Origin: Coleofasciculus sp. B1-GNL1-01
Lineage (GTDB): Bacteria > Cyanobacteriota > Cyanobacteriia > Cyanobacteriales > Coleofasciculaceae
NCBI GenBank assembly: GCA_040220235.1
Contig: JAVJTO010000063.1
Strand: one strand, 5' to 3'
Length of the DNA: 64,000 bases
Shown here piece by piece: positions 54,104 through 63,687 of this stretch (position 1 is the stretch's first letter; each line of letters starts with the position of its first letter). Position numbers and translations under genes: made by a program. The notes under the pieces were generated by a model, which saw only the letters and a program-made list of their open reading frames with translations, did not search any database and was not told where the DNA came from.

Positions 54104-57100
54104 TTAACGGCGAGTTCTTGAGCCTTTAGCTTGACAAATATCACGAGATAGGGTAGTTCCCGGATGCGGACGTTCAAAAACGGGATGATTTTCGAGGCGA
54201 TCGCACGCCACCCGCAGCCCAGTTTGCCAATCTTGCGGTTCTGGTAAAATCCGCACATCCCACAAGCGTACTGTTTTATCCTGGCTACCACTGGCAAGTC
54301 TCTCACCATCCGGACTAAACGCCAACGATCGCACCGCACCTTGATGTCCCCGTAACGGTTTACCCCGTAACTGACCCTGAGAATTCCATAAGCGAATTGT
54401 ACCATTCCCACTACCACTGGCGATCGTTTTCCCATCCGGACTAAACGCCACCGCAAAAACGACTCCCTGATGTCCTCGCCAAGGTTCACCGATCAACTCA
54501 CCTTGACGATTCCATAAGCGTACTGTCCCATCTCGTCCCCCACTGACAATCCTCTCACCATTGGGACTAAACGCCAGGTCAAAAACCACACCCTCATGTC
54601 CCCGAAACGGTTGACCCAAGGGTTGACCCTGACGATTCCATACGCGAATTGTACCATCCCCACTACCACTAGCAATGGTTTCTCCATCCGGACTAAACGC
54701 CACTGTAAAAACGACTCCCTGATGTCCCATGAACGGTTGACTGATGGGATTACCTTGGCGATTCCACACCTGAACGGTTCCATCTTTACCGCCACTAACC
54801 AGAAATTGACCGTCTGGACTCCAAGCTATTGAGGTGATCCAATCTTGTCCAAAAAACGGCTGACCCAGAGGTTGACCTGGAACCGTCCACAAGCGAATTT
54901 TACCATCCTGGCTACTACTAGCAATCACCTGTCCCTGGGGACTAAAAGCGACTCCTGTCACCTCATCTTTATGTCCGGGTAAGGATTGACGAATTAAATT
55001 ATCCTGTCGCGTCCACAGATGAACTAAACCATCCTCCGTTCCACTGACCAAGATTTGATTATCAGGATGAAAAGCGACCGCATTAACCGCTGATTCGTGG
55101 TCTAAGCGATCGCGTTCTCTAGCTACCTCAATTGCCTGCCAAAGACTAGACGCAATCCGCTGATCGACGTGCTGAAATTTAGCATAACTTTGACCCGTTG
55201 TTTCAATTGCTAGTAATAATCCCTTAATTGGTTCCACCGGGAGCAAATTTTGGACAGTAGCGGCATTTTTATACAAGTGTTCCCGTTGAGCCATCTGTGC
55301 CGTTTTATACCATCGGCTCATTCCCATCCCTGTGGTCAGACTCAATAGCGCGATCGCGAAAATTAATCCTCCCCCAGCCAATCCCCGTCGCCTTCGTTTG
55401 TGCTGGAGACTCTGCTGAATTAGGTCTTGTCCTAATGTAGATAAATGGAGATGATCTCGATAATACTCTGCCTCAGTTAGGGTTAAGTCCGATAAAATTC
55501 GGTTCGGTTTTCCTTGAGTTTGCCACTCAATCGCCGCCGCTTCAATTTGGCGCTGGAGTCTCATCCCGTGGCGTTTTTCTTCGACCCATTGCTGGAGTTT
55601 TGACCAATGCTGAATTAGGGCTTCGTGAGCAATCGTTACCAAGGTTTGGTTCCATTTTCCGGAGTGAGTAACGATTAAGCCAGCATCGATTAATTTTTGC
55701 ATTACGGCTGTTACCGCTTTCGTGGAATGGCGATCGCCAATGAAATTGTTTACCGCATTTGTTGGTGAAGAAGTGTTGAGTGTTGACCCTTCACGACCTT
55801 CGAGGGCATAGTTTTGATTGTGTAGGAACGGGTTTAGTAACTTTCGTTTCGCTATTGATAGTAACGTCGGTGCAAAACCAACCCTAACTGAGGGTTGAGT
55901 GTTGCCCCTTCGCGACTTTCGAGGGGATGGTTTTGAGTTAACGACTGAACTGTGTCCCGCTGTGCTAACCTTTTCCTCTTGTTTCCCTGATTCTGTGTTC
56001 CCAGACCTAGTAGGAGACGTGCCATGGCACGTCTCTACAGATTTGAATCGGTTTCTAGATTTTACTTGAAAACTCAGGATCAACTCAGACGGGTCTACTT
56101 GTCGCGCCGTAACTTGACCGTTTTCATTTAATTGGATTAACGCAAAAAAAATGCCTTTGGCAATTTGTTTCTCATTAGCCGACAACGATTGATAAACGCG
56201 GTTGGCGTGTTTTTCGATCGCTCCTTGCAGCTTACCCCAACGATAATATTCGGCTACCATTAACCGATCCACTGGACGTCGTTGCCACAGTTGAGTTAAC
56301 ATAAACTGGAGTAACGGCAAACTGGCAGCATCCTCTACATCTAAGAGTAGTTGAGTAACTAAATCTGACTCAATCTCTACACCCACTTGCTGGGCGGGTT
56401 TAATAATAGCGGTTTTCAATCCTTCCCTGGTCATTGGCGTTACTGTCACCATCAGCGCCTGAATCTTTTGTACCAATTCTGGATAATTTGCACAATGACT
56501 TAAAAAATCCGTTCGCATCCCGATAACCAGACAAAGTTGATTATTGGTACGTTCTAGTCCACCCAACAAACAATCAAAAAACTGTTGTCGTTCGGTTTCA
56601 TCCTGACAACAAGTAAACACCTGTTCAAATTGATCGACTACCAGCACTAACCGCTGCTCTTCAGCCATTGTCCGCACCACAATTCCTAATCCTACCGCCC
56701 CCATTTGGAGCAGTTTCATGGTTTGGGCAAACTGATAGTCGCGTTCTGGGTTATGGGGATTGATAAAGGATCGGGCTAAATTCTGGAGAGGATGTTCACC
56801 GGGTTGAAAAATTAAAGTTAGCCATTCCTGAGTTCCTGATAAGCGTTGACCCCGTTGAAGTTGATGCAAAAGTCCGGCGCGAATTAGCGAAGATTTGCCA
56901 CTACCACAGGTTCCAATTACCGCCAAAAAATTGTTGGTGCGGATATGTTCGAGGAGTTCATCTGTTAACGTCTCTCGCCCATAAAAATACTGGGGGTCTT
57001 CATTTTTGTAGTCAAAATAGGCTAAACCTTTATAAGGACAAAATCGTTCAGGTGCGCTGGGGGGTAAAGCGGGTAATGATTCTGGATTAGTTTCACGGTT

Positions 57101-57853
57101 ACGGATTAACAAAATCGGATTTCCGGCGTTAGCAAAAATTAGGGGTGGGGACAATTGATGAATCAAATCGGTCAGGGTATAGTTCGTCACCCAGCCAGGG
57201 AGATGGTTTCTGGAATCGAGTCCTAATAATAGAATGGACGCCAACTGACTATATTTATCCGATTCAGTCGGATTCAGTTGTCGTGTTTGCAGGTTATCCT
57301 TGTCTCCCCATTTTCCCCTCTCCCCATCCCTTTGTGACTGACAGGTGGCGATAAAACAACGACTGTATCCCTGACCCCGATATCCCGGATCAGCTTGGGT
57401 GAGGTCAACTCCTTCATCGTTACAATAGCAATCTAACCAAATAATTTGCTCTCGAACTGGACTTTGTTGCAACAAATCACGCAGCCATGACAGAGATAAT
57501 CCCCAGTTACCGCGATTAGGGTTAATATCGCTGGTGGCTAAAAAACTGGTTGGTCTATCTTGGTGTTTGCAGAGTCCATAGCCAGAGAAATACAGCAGAA
57601 CCGTATCGGGAATTGTGTTTCCTTCTGGTAACAAGAGTTGGACGAGTGCGGCTTCAAGTTGAGTCAGGGTAACTCGAATCGGGGTGGTTGAATCAACAGG
57701 AGTGTTAAAAGCCGGAATCCGCCTGACTTGGACATTACCACGATCAATCAGGAGTTGCGCGATCGCCTCAGCATCTTTTGCTGGTGATGTCAAGTTTTTC
57801 AGGTGCTGAGTATCGTAAGTATTAATCCCAACGATCAAAGCCTGTCGATTCAT
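54104..57853 (-). CDS. Caspase-like (C14, degenerate) + STAND/nSTAND1-like NTPase + TM + WD40 repeats
   Basis: ALIVGINTY...AKDAEAIA, YFSGYG, WLDCYC; CPYKGL..F..ED...FYGRE; GTCGSGKSS; LVVDQFEQ; LPLLQF.L..LW; IAHEALI..W; about 7 GH..V.AVAFSPDG..WN repeats. Confidence 0.9.
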   Translation of the reverse strand: MNRQALIVGINTYDTQHLKNLTSPAKDAEAIAQLLIDRGNVQVRRIPAFNTPVDSTTPIRVTLTQLEAALVQLLLPEGNTIPDTVLLYFSGYGLCKHQDRPTSFLATSDINPNRGNWGLSLSWLRDLLQQSPVREQIIWLDCYCNDEGVDLTQADPGYRGQGYSRCFIATCQSQRDGERGKWGDKDNLQTRQLNPTESDKYSQLASILLLGLDSRNHLPGWVTNYTLTDLIHQLSPPLIFANAGNPILLIRNRETNPESLPALPPSAPERFCPYKGLAYFDYKNEDPQYFYGRETLTDELLEHIRTNNFLAVIGTCGSGKSSLIRAGLLHQLQRGQRLSGTQEWLTLIFQPGEHPLQNLARSFINPHNPERDYQFAQTMKLLQMGAVGLGIVVRTMAEEQRLVLVVDQFEQVFTCCQDETERQQFFDCLLGGLERTNNQLCLVIGMRTDFLSHCANYPELVQKIQALMVTVTPMTREGLKTAIIKPAQQVGVEIESDLVTQLLLDVEDAASLPLLQFMLTQLWQRRPVDRLMVAEYYRWGKLQGAIEKHANRVYQSLSANEKQIAKGIFFALIQLNENGQVTARQVDPSELILSFQVKSRNRFKSVETCHGTSPTRSGNTESGKQEEKVSTAGHSSVVNSKPSPRKSRRGNTQPSVRVGFAPTLLSIAKRKLLNPFLHNQNYALEGREGSTLNTSSPTNAVNNFIGDRHSTKAVTAVMQKLIDAGLIVTHSGKWNQTLVTIAHEALIQHWSKLQQWVEEKRHGMRLQRQIEAAAIEWQTQGKPNRILSDLTLTEAEYYRDHLHLSTLGQDLIQQSLQHKRRRRGLAGGGLIFAIALLSLTTGMGMSRWYKTAQMAQREHLYKNAATVQNLLPVEPIKGLLLAIETTGQSYAKFQHVDQRIASSLWQAIEVARERDRLDHESAVNAVAFHPDNQILVSGTEDGLVHLWTRQDNLIRQSLPGHKDEVTGVAFSPQGQVIASSSQDGKIRLWTVPGQPLGQPFFGQDWITSIAWSPDGQFLVSGGKDGTVQVWNRQGNPISQPFMGHQGVVFTVAFSPDGETIASGSGDGTIRVWNRQGQPLGQPFRGHEGVVFDLAFSPNGERIVSGGRDGTVRLWNRQGELIGEPWRGHQGVVFAVAFSPDGKTIASGSGNGTIRLWNSQGQLRGKPLRGHQGAVRSLAFSPDGERLASGSQDKTVRLWDVRILPEPQDWQTGLRVACDRLENHPVFERPHPGTTLSRDICQAKGSRTRR

Positions 57854-57951
57854 AAGGAGTCGTCAATCCCTGTCAGCAGCATCCCGTTTTCCGGGCGTAT
57901 TTAACTGATTCAGAGATTTTGCTCCTAGTCAGGACAATTAGGGGAGTTACT

Positions 57952-58167
57952 TAGGGGCTGCTGAATAAGTGTTGTGGTGAGGGGGAGCGGGGGAGCGGGG
58001 GAAGCTGGGGAAGCTAGGGGAGCTAGAGGAGCTATGGTACATTTTCCCTGAGCAAGGTGATGCCATACTTATGAAGGATGCTACCCCATTTCCTTGAAGA
58101 AAACCCTCTGTAAATAAAGCTCAAAGTATTGATATCTAAGGATTTTGGCTTTGTGCAGCAAGCTCTA
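57952..58167. mobile_element. About 215-bp MITE, copy 2 (right flank, same orientation)
   Basis: TAGGGGCTGCTGAATAAG...GTGCAGCAAGCTCTA; colinear with 53863-54079. Confidence 0.8.
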
Positions 58168-58267
58168 AGTAGGTCGGGCTGAAAACACTCAACTATGTAA
58201 AGATAGGTAAACAAGAGTTGCTGTTCTGTATGAGGTGCTGAGTTATTTTACTTTTTTTACGTTATTC

Positions 58268-59194
58268 ATGTCACTCCATCAAACTTCGGGTCGCTGGCGC
58301 TTGGGATTAGTGCTATCTTTAATTACTGTATTGATGTGGGGGATTCTCCCCCTAGCGCTAACCATAACTCTTCAGGTGTTGGATGTTTATACAATCACCT
58401 GGTTTCGTTTTCTTATGGCTTTTGGATTGCTGGCGCTTTTTTTAGCAACAAGACAAGAGTTTCCGTCATTACAGCAACTGCGGTCAGCGTCTCTGGGACT
58501 ATTAGCGATCGCGACTCTTTTTTTAGGAGGTAATTACCTGCTATTTTTGCAAGGGTTAGGGCAAACGTCTCCCACAAATGCCCAAGTGCTGATTCAGTTA
58601 GCCCCCATGTTTTTAGGTTTGGGTGCTTTAGTTGTGTTTAAAGAACGCTATACTCTGCGTCAATGGATTGGTGTGGGTATTCTGGTGTTAGGATTTACTC
58701 TATTTTTCCATGATCGATTTCAAGTCGTCCTCACCTCACGCTCGACCTATCTATTGGGTAATATGATTATTGTCTTAGCTGCTGTAACTTGGGCGATTTA
58801 CGCTTTGGCACAGAAACAGCTTTTGCATAAATTACCCTCGACGACGATAATGCTGGTGATTTATGGCGGCTGTGCTGTATTATTCACGCCGCTAACCACA
58901 CCGCAATCCCTTCTCAGTTTGAGTCCGTTACACCTGAGTTTACTCCTCTTTTGTGGGTTAAATACCCTGATTGCGTATGGGGCGTTTGCAGAAGCCTTGG
59001 AACATTGGCAAGCCTCGCGGGTGAGTGCGGTCTTGGCGCTGACGCCGTTGGTGACATTAAGTTCAGTTTGGATTGCTTCACGCTTTATCCCTAGATGGGT
59101 TGCACCAGAACAGTGGACAGGTTTAGGGTTATTGGGAGCAATGTTAGTCGTGTCAGGTTCAATTGCGATCGCATTAGGGCGTCGATTACCTTGA
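58268..59194 (+). CDS. EamA/DMT-family transporter
   Basis: About 10 TM segments, MWGILP, TWFRF, FKER, twofold internal repeat; start taken at the ATG at 58268. Confidence 0.9.
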   Translation: MSLHQTSGRWRLGLVLSLITVLMWGILPLALTITLQVLDVYTITWFRFLMAFGLLALFLATRQEFPSLQQLRSASLGLLAIATLFLGGNYLLFLQGLGQTSPTNAQVLIQLAPMFLGLGALVVFKERYTLRQWIGVGILVLGFTLFFHDRFQVVLTSRSTYLLGNMIIVLAAVTWAIYALAQKQLLHKLPSTTIMLVIYGGCAVLFTPLTTPQSLLSLSPLHLSLLLFCGLNTLIAYGAFAEALEHWQASRVSAVLALTPLVTLSSVWIASRFIPRWVAPEQWTGLGLLGAMLVVSGSIAIALGRRLP

Positions 59195-59863
59195 AACACC
59201 GTTGGTCTTCCTGTAGGGGCAACCCGCTTGCATTCATTCACAACGCCAGTCCGGATAATTGGCTTGGGTCGCCCTTGGCTTAATTAAGTTTCATTACGGT
59301 AACTTCTGGGTGATAAATCAGGCTCATCAACTGCTTCATCCTACGCCAGGACTGGTTTTCAGAGAAAACTTTAACCGGACGCGATCGCACGATTTGATGT
59401 TCAATATCACAATTATCCTGTGACGGAAATCTCTGGATCATTACGGGCGTCATCGCTTAGGATGCAATAGTTCATCTCAAACCTATCGTGGTTTAAAGGA
59501 AGGGGCATTATGAACACCTCTTGGATTCGCACCGCAACCATTACCGTCATTGATGTGGCTTTGCTTTGCACCGCCCCTCTATTAATTCAACTCTTTTCCC
59601 ACTTGCCATAACTGGATTGACCGTTTCTCTGGGCGCTTGTGTAGATATTTTGCTTAGTCTCTAAGTAGGTGGACACAATTAAAGTGAACGGTTGAGATTA
59701 GGGAACAGGGAACAGGGAACAGGGAATAGGCAATAGGCAATAGGGTAATGGGCTATAGAAATTTTGTCTCCCATCTTCCCCAGCTTCCCCATCTTCCCTA
59801 TCTCCCCATCACCCCATCACCCCCTCACCCCCTCACCACAAAACGTTATTCAGTAAACCCTAC

Positions 59864-61495
59864 CTACATCGCCACCTTTGAGTTCAGCAACGGATAGCGC
59901 AGAATTAGCGTGTCAGAGGCAAGCTCATGCTCCTGGATAAACTGAGTCACCTCTGTCTCCAGATCGGGTTGCGCCACCGCCACAAAACGCTGCACCATTG
60001 AGGCAACCGCGCAAACGACAATCAGATGAACTAATTCCTCGGCTGAATAAAGCTCTACTGCCGATTGCACAAACCGCCGAGGCGTTGTTAGTGGCGTCTG
60101 TGCTGAAATCCAGGCGAGTTGCAACGCTGCTTGCTCCCGCTGATCAAATAAGTCTGGGCGAGTTTCCTGCCCTGTGGCTACGGCAAAACAATGGCGAATT
60201 CGCTCCACTGATTGGGCTTTGTTTGTTGTCTGATGGTGAGCCATAAAGCCTTCAATGGCGGCTAGATAAGCATGATCTTTGGCAATAGCAGATACCCTTG
60301 CCATGAGGTGCTTGAGTTCTGCACTCAGGAGCGTATGATCGCGATCGCCCATTAACTCCCCATACAAATAGGCATGGCGTTTTCGTAGGGGTTGGGGCCA
60401 ACGTTGCATCCAATTGGGAAACACCCCAAATTCACGCTCAGTATAGGCGGTCAAATCCTCAATTTCCCCATCGTATTTAGCGAGCATCTGCTCGATTGAG
60501 GGTCCTCCGCTGGGTAGCTGATAATCCAGATTAGAAGGGTTTGCCAACTGAGCGGTGTGTCGCCCTGCCTCAATACCGCTTTGAGTGCTAGCCTGCTCTG
60601 CCCATTGCCCTTCTAGCTCTAGCCCTGTGAGATCATTGAAAACATTGAGAAACCCGAAGGCGGATACCATCATTTCTACACCTTCTATATAAGTCTGGGT
60701 GGTTTTCGGATCGCCTGCTAGGGTTTGGAGCTGGCTGATCTGAGAATCCGTGACTTGGTTGCGCGTCGCCTCGGCTGCCAGATCCGCGATCGCTAATTCT
60801 AATGATCCAAAGGGATTATTTTCAGTCTTTTCTCCATCCCGGGCTTGCTTAAATTGCTGTACAATTTTGAGCGAATTTTCACCGCCTGTTGCCGCACTAT
60901 GAACTTGGCAGTAAGAGCAACCGTGGGCATTGGATGTTGCATAACCAACCGAGAACATATTAATCGGTCCGAGTCCCTGTTTGCCGTAGCCTACAGCCGA
61001 AAAATTATGGCAATAGACAAACAGCTTGTAAGCTTGAGTCCAATGGTATAGATAAGCAAACGTATTGGGCCAAAAGCCAAAGAATTGCTTATAAAAGTGC
61101 AGAATTGGCCACGTTTCTGGATCATCGCTCCGAAAACCATCACTTTGAGGAATGACGTCACGCAGCACCCAATCTTCTGCCCCTTGGTGCAGGGTTTCAT
61201 CGGAAATTGAGTCCAAGGGCAGGGTGGAACCTGCGGCATTGAGCAGATCGTCTAGTTGTCCGCTAGCCTGTAAACGCTCTAAGTCCTCTGCACCGTTAAT
61301 ATGGTAGTCACCAATAAAAATTTGCGGCACGGTGGCGCTACCACTGAAGTAAACGGCGGCATCCGCATGGCGTGAGTTGGCTTTAATGTCGTACTCTTGA
61401 TAGTCATGAATGCCCCTTTGTTTCAGGACGGCTTTTGCCCTGGCGCAATAGTTGCAATTTGGCTTAGTGAATAGGGTAATTTGAGCATTGCTCAT
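59864..61495 (-). CDS. Glutaredoxin fused to two tandem AhpD/CMD-like domains
   Basis: FTKPNCNYC..AK, TVPQIFIGD..IING (Grx); FGFWPN...HGCSYCQVH (AhpD CxxC); second FGVFPN...LSAELKHL...FDQREQAAL...YSAEELVHL repeat without CxxC; GGAG RBS. Confidence 0.8.
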   Translation of the reverse strand: MSNAQITLFTKPNCNYCARAKAVLKQRGIHDYQEYDIKANSRHADAAVYFSGSATVPQIFIGDYHINGAEDLERLQASGQLDDLLNAAGSTLPLDSISDETLHQGAEDWVLRDVIPQSDGFRSDDPETWPILHFYKQFFGFWPNTFAYLYHWTQAYKLFVYCHNFSAVGYGKQGLGPINMFSVGYATSNAHGCSYCQVHSAATGGENSLKIVQQFKQARDGEKTENNPFGSLELAIADLAAEATRNQVTDSQISQLQTLAGDPKTTQTYIEGVEMMVSAFGFLNVFNDLTGLELEGQWAEQASTQSGIEAGRHTAQLANPSNLDYQLPSGGPSIEQMLAKYDGEIEDLTAYTEREFGVFPNWMQRWPQPLRKRHAYLYGELMGDRDHTLLSAELKHLMARVSAIAKDHAYLAAIEGFMAHHQTTNKAQSVERIRHCFAVATGQETRPDLFDQREQAALQLAWISAQTPLTTPRRFVQSAVELYSAEELVHLIVVCAVASMVQRFVAVAQPDLETEVTQFIQEHELASDTLILRYPLLNSKVAM

Positions 61496-61663
61496 GATAA
61501 TTCTCCAGTAATTTGAATTGTGGTAGTCTTTTTTTCAGAGCAGATCGGAGCAGCGGCGCATGGGGGAGGGCGTGCTGCCAGCATGGTGATATTCATCAGT
61601 TGGTCAGTGTTCTAGGTGATCGACAGACGATGCTCAGGCGATCGCACAGACACAATGCATGAT

Positions 61664-63649
61664 TTACTGGATTTGGGGTCGCCGTAGCCAAGCTACGCCA
61701 GCAGTAATGCAGAACAGAACAATGGCGGGTACTGGGCTACCGCCAACCAGGAACAGATGGGTAAAGACGCCACCGAGCATAATGCAAGCCAGCAGCAAGC
61801 CACCTAAAAATGCCGTGCGTGGCAGCAAAATCAGCCCGGCACCGATCACTTCCAATACGCCCGTTAAGTAGCGGAACCATTGACCCCAACCAATGTCAGC
61901 AAATAGGGACACCATCTTTTCGACTCCTGCAAACTTTGAACCACCTGCCAGAAAGAAGGCGATCGCAGCGGCAATTTGTAATACCCAAACTAAAATTTGT
62001 TTCCATCGAGTCGGTTGGGTTGTGCTTGTGTCCTGATTTTGTTTCTCAGTCCTGAGATCGCTTTTTTCGATTGTCGTCGTTTTCCACTGCGGCAATTGCT
62101 GTTTAAAGGCATCAGCATTGAGAGTGGTAAGATCGCAGGCAACATAAGCATCTGGACGCACCAGAATCACGCGACCCGTTTGCGAACCAAGCTTCGTCTC
62201 GAAATCACCGCGATAATCAACCAGCATGTTGGCGTTAAAATCATGAAACTCTGGCAAACCGTTGTTGAGAATGACATGAGGCTTCAGCATCTCGTCAGCC
62301 TGTTCCACAATCTGGGCGATCGCCTCTCGTGCCTCTTGTGCTTGGTTGGGATCGATGAACAGGAGAAGCGTGTAGCCAGGAAAGCTTAGGAGTTCATAAA
62401 GGCGCACTCGTTCATTTTCAGCACTCATCAGTTCCATATCCGGTATCCGTGCGCCAGTCATTTCCCCGTTTCCCGACTCATAGCGAATGCCCAAGCCCGA
62501 CAGATTCAGGGCAAGGTTTCGCTGTATCGGCGGCAGGGGAATGAATATGCGAAACAGCGCTTTACGCAGATATCGCCACAAGGGTTGGCGCAACAGTAGA
62601 CTACGCAACAGAATATCGCTCGTCCATAACACACGCTTGCCAACTGTGTGCCGCTCCTGATTGTAGGTTTCTAGTAGTGCCTGCGGTGCTACGCCCTTGA
62701 CAAAGAACGCCAACTTCCAACCGAGATTAAAGGCATCTTGAATGCCCGTATTCATCCCCTGACCGCCAGCCGGACTGTGGGTATGGGTCGCGTCACCGCC
62801 GAGGAAGACACGACCAACATGATAACAAGAGGCAAGGCGCAACGAAGAACCCCAGCGCGTCAGCCATTTGGGTTCACTCAACTGCACAGGTTTTTCCAGA
62901 ATCGCGCTAATCGACTCTTGTAACTCTTCGAGCTTCAACTCTCGTGTTTTGCGATCGCTCTGATACTTACTATCAATGGTGACAATTCGGTGGGAACCGT
63001 CTTTAAAGGGGACGATAAAGGCAAGCCCGCGATCGTTGGAATGTTGCTCGGTTCCTCCTTCAGCAGCATGTCCGTCCAGGTGAACATCACCGAGAAAGGC
63101 AGTCCAGTCATAGGACGATCCTTCAAAGGGCAGATTAAGCGTTTTTCGCACGGTGCTATGCGCTCCATCCGCACCAACGAGGTAGTGGGTTTCAATTTCG
63201 ACGGTTCCTCCCTCGGCACATTCAACCGTACCGCGCACGCCATCCTCCGTTTCGGTAAAGTTGGTCAGTGTACGCCCACGCTCAATTTCCACACCCAGTT
63301 CATTCAGGCGGCGTTCCATAATCGCTTCTGTATCAGCTTGGGGCAGAATCAGGATATAGGGAAACCGCGTGTCCAGCCCGTACATATTGGCTCGCAGTGG
63401 AGTTTTGGCGTTGGCGCTGAAGTCAATGCCGGGTGAGGTATAGCCGCGACGAACCATCTCGTCAGCAACACCGAGAATATCCATGAACTCCAATGTGCGG
63501 GCATGAACGACCAGTGCCTTACTGCGCGTGGATGGCTCAGTGCGACGTTCAATGATTCGCACCCTGATGTTGCGTCGGGCAAGTTCAATGGCGACAGTCA
63601 TTCCCGTTGGACCAGCGCCTACAACTAGAACATCTATAGTTTGTGACAT
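61664..63649 (-). CDS. FAD-dependent monooxygenase (PheA/TfdB-like) fused to a C-terminal DoxX-like membrane domain
   Basis: VVGAGPTG, LVGADGAHSTVR, GDATHTHSPAGGQGMNTGIQDAFNLGWKL, ILVRPDAYV; then a 4-TM region FFLAGGSKF...WFRYLTGVLEVIGAGLILLP. Confidence 0.88.
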   Translation of the reverse strand: MSQTIDVLVVGAGPTGMTVAIELARRNIRVRIIERRTEPSTRSKALVVHARTLEFMDILGVADEMVRRGYTSPGIDFSANAKTPLRANMYGLDTRFPYILILPQADTEAIMERRLNELGVEIERGRTLTNFTETEDGVRGTVECAEGGTVEIETHYLVGADGAHSTVRKTLNLPFEGSSYDWTAFLGDVHLDGHAAEGGTEQHSNDRGLAFIVPFKDGSHRIVTIDSKYQSDRKTRELKLEELQESISAILEKPVQLSEPKWLTRWGSSLRLASCYHVGRVFLGGDATHTHSPAGGQGMNTGIQDAFNLGWKLAFFVKGVAPQALLETYNQERHTVGKRVLWTSDILLRSLLLRQPLWRYLRKALFRIFIPLPPIQRNLALNLSGLGIRYESGNGEMTGARIPDMELMSAENERVRLYELLSFPGYTLLLFIDPNQAQEAREAIAQIVEQADEMLKPHVILNNGLPEFHDFNANMLVDYRGDFETKLGSQTGRVILVRPDAYVACDLTTLNADAFKQQLPQWKTTTIEKSDLRTEKQNQDTSTTQPTRWKQILVWVLQIAAAIAFFLAGGSKFAGVEKMVSLFADIGWGQWFRYLTGVLEVIGAGLILLPRTAFLGGLLLACIMLGGVFTHLFLVGGSPVPAIVLFCITAGVAWLRRPQIQ

Positions 63650-63687
63650 GAGAAATCTCCTGATTTGTTATTTGTCATTCGTATTGA

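Noticed and set aside
54013..54795. Alternative-frame ORFs (158 aa and 100 aa) with repeats
   Set aside because: They are off-frame readings of the WD40 repeats.
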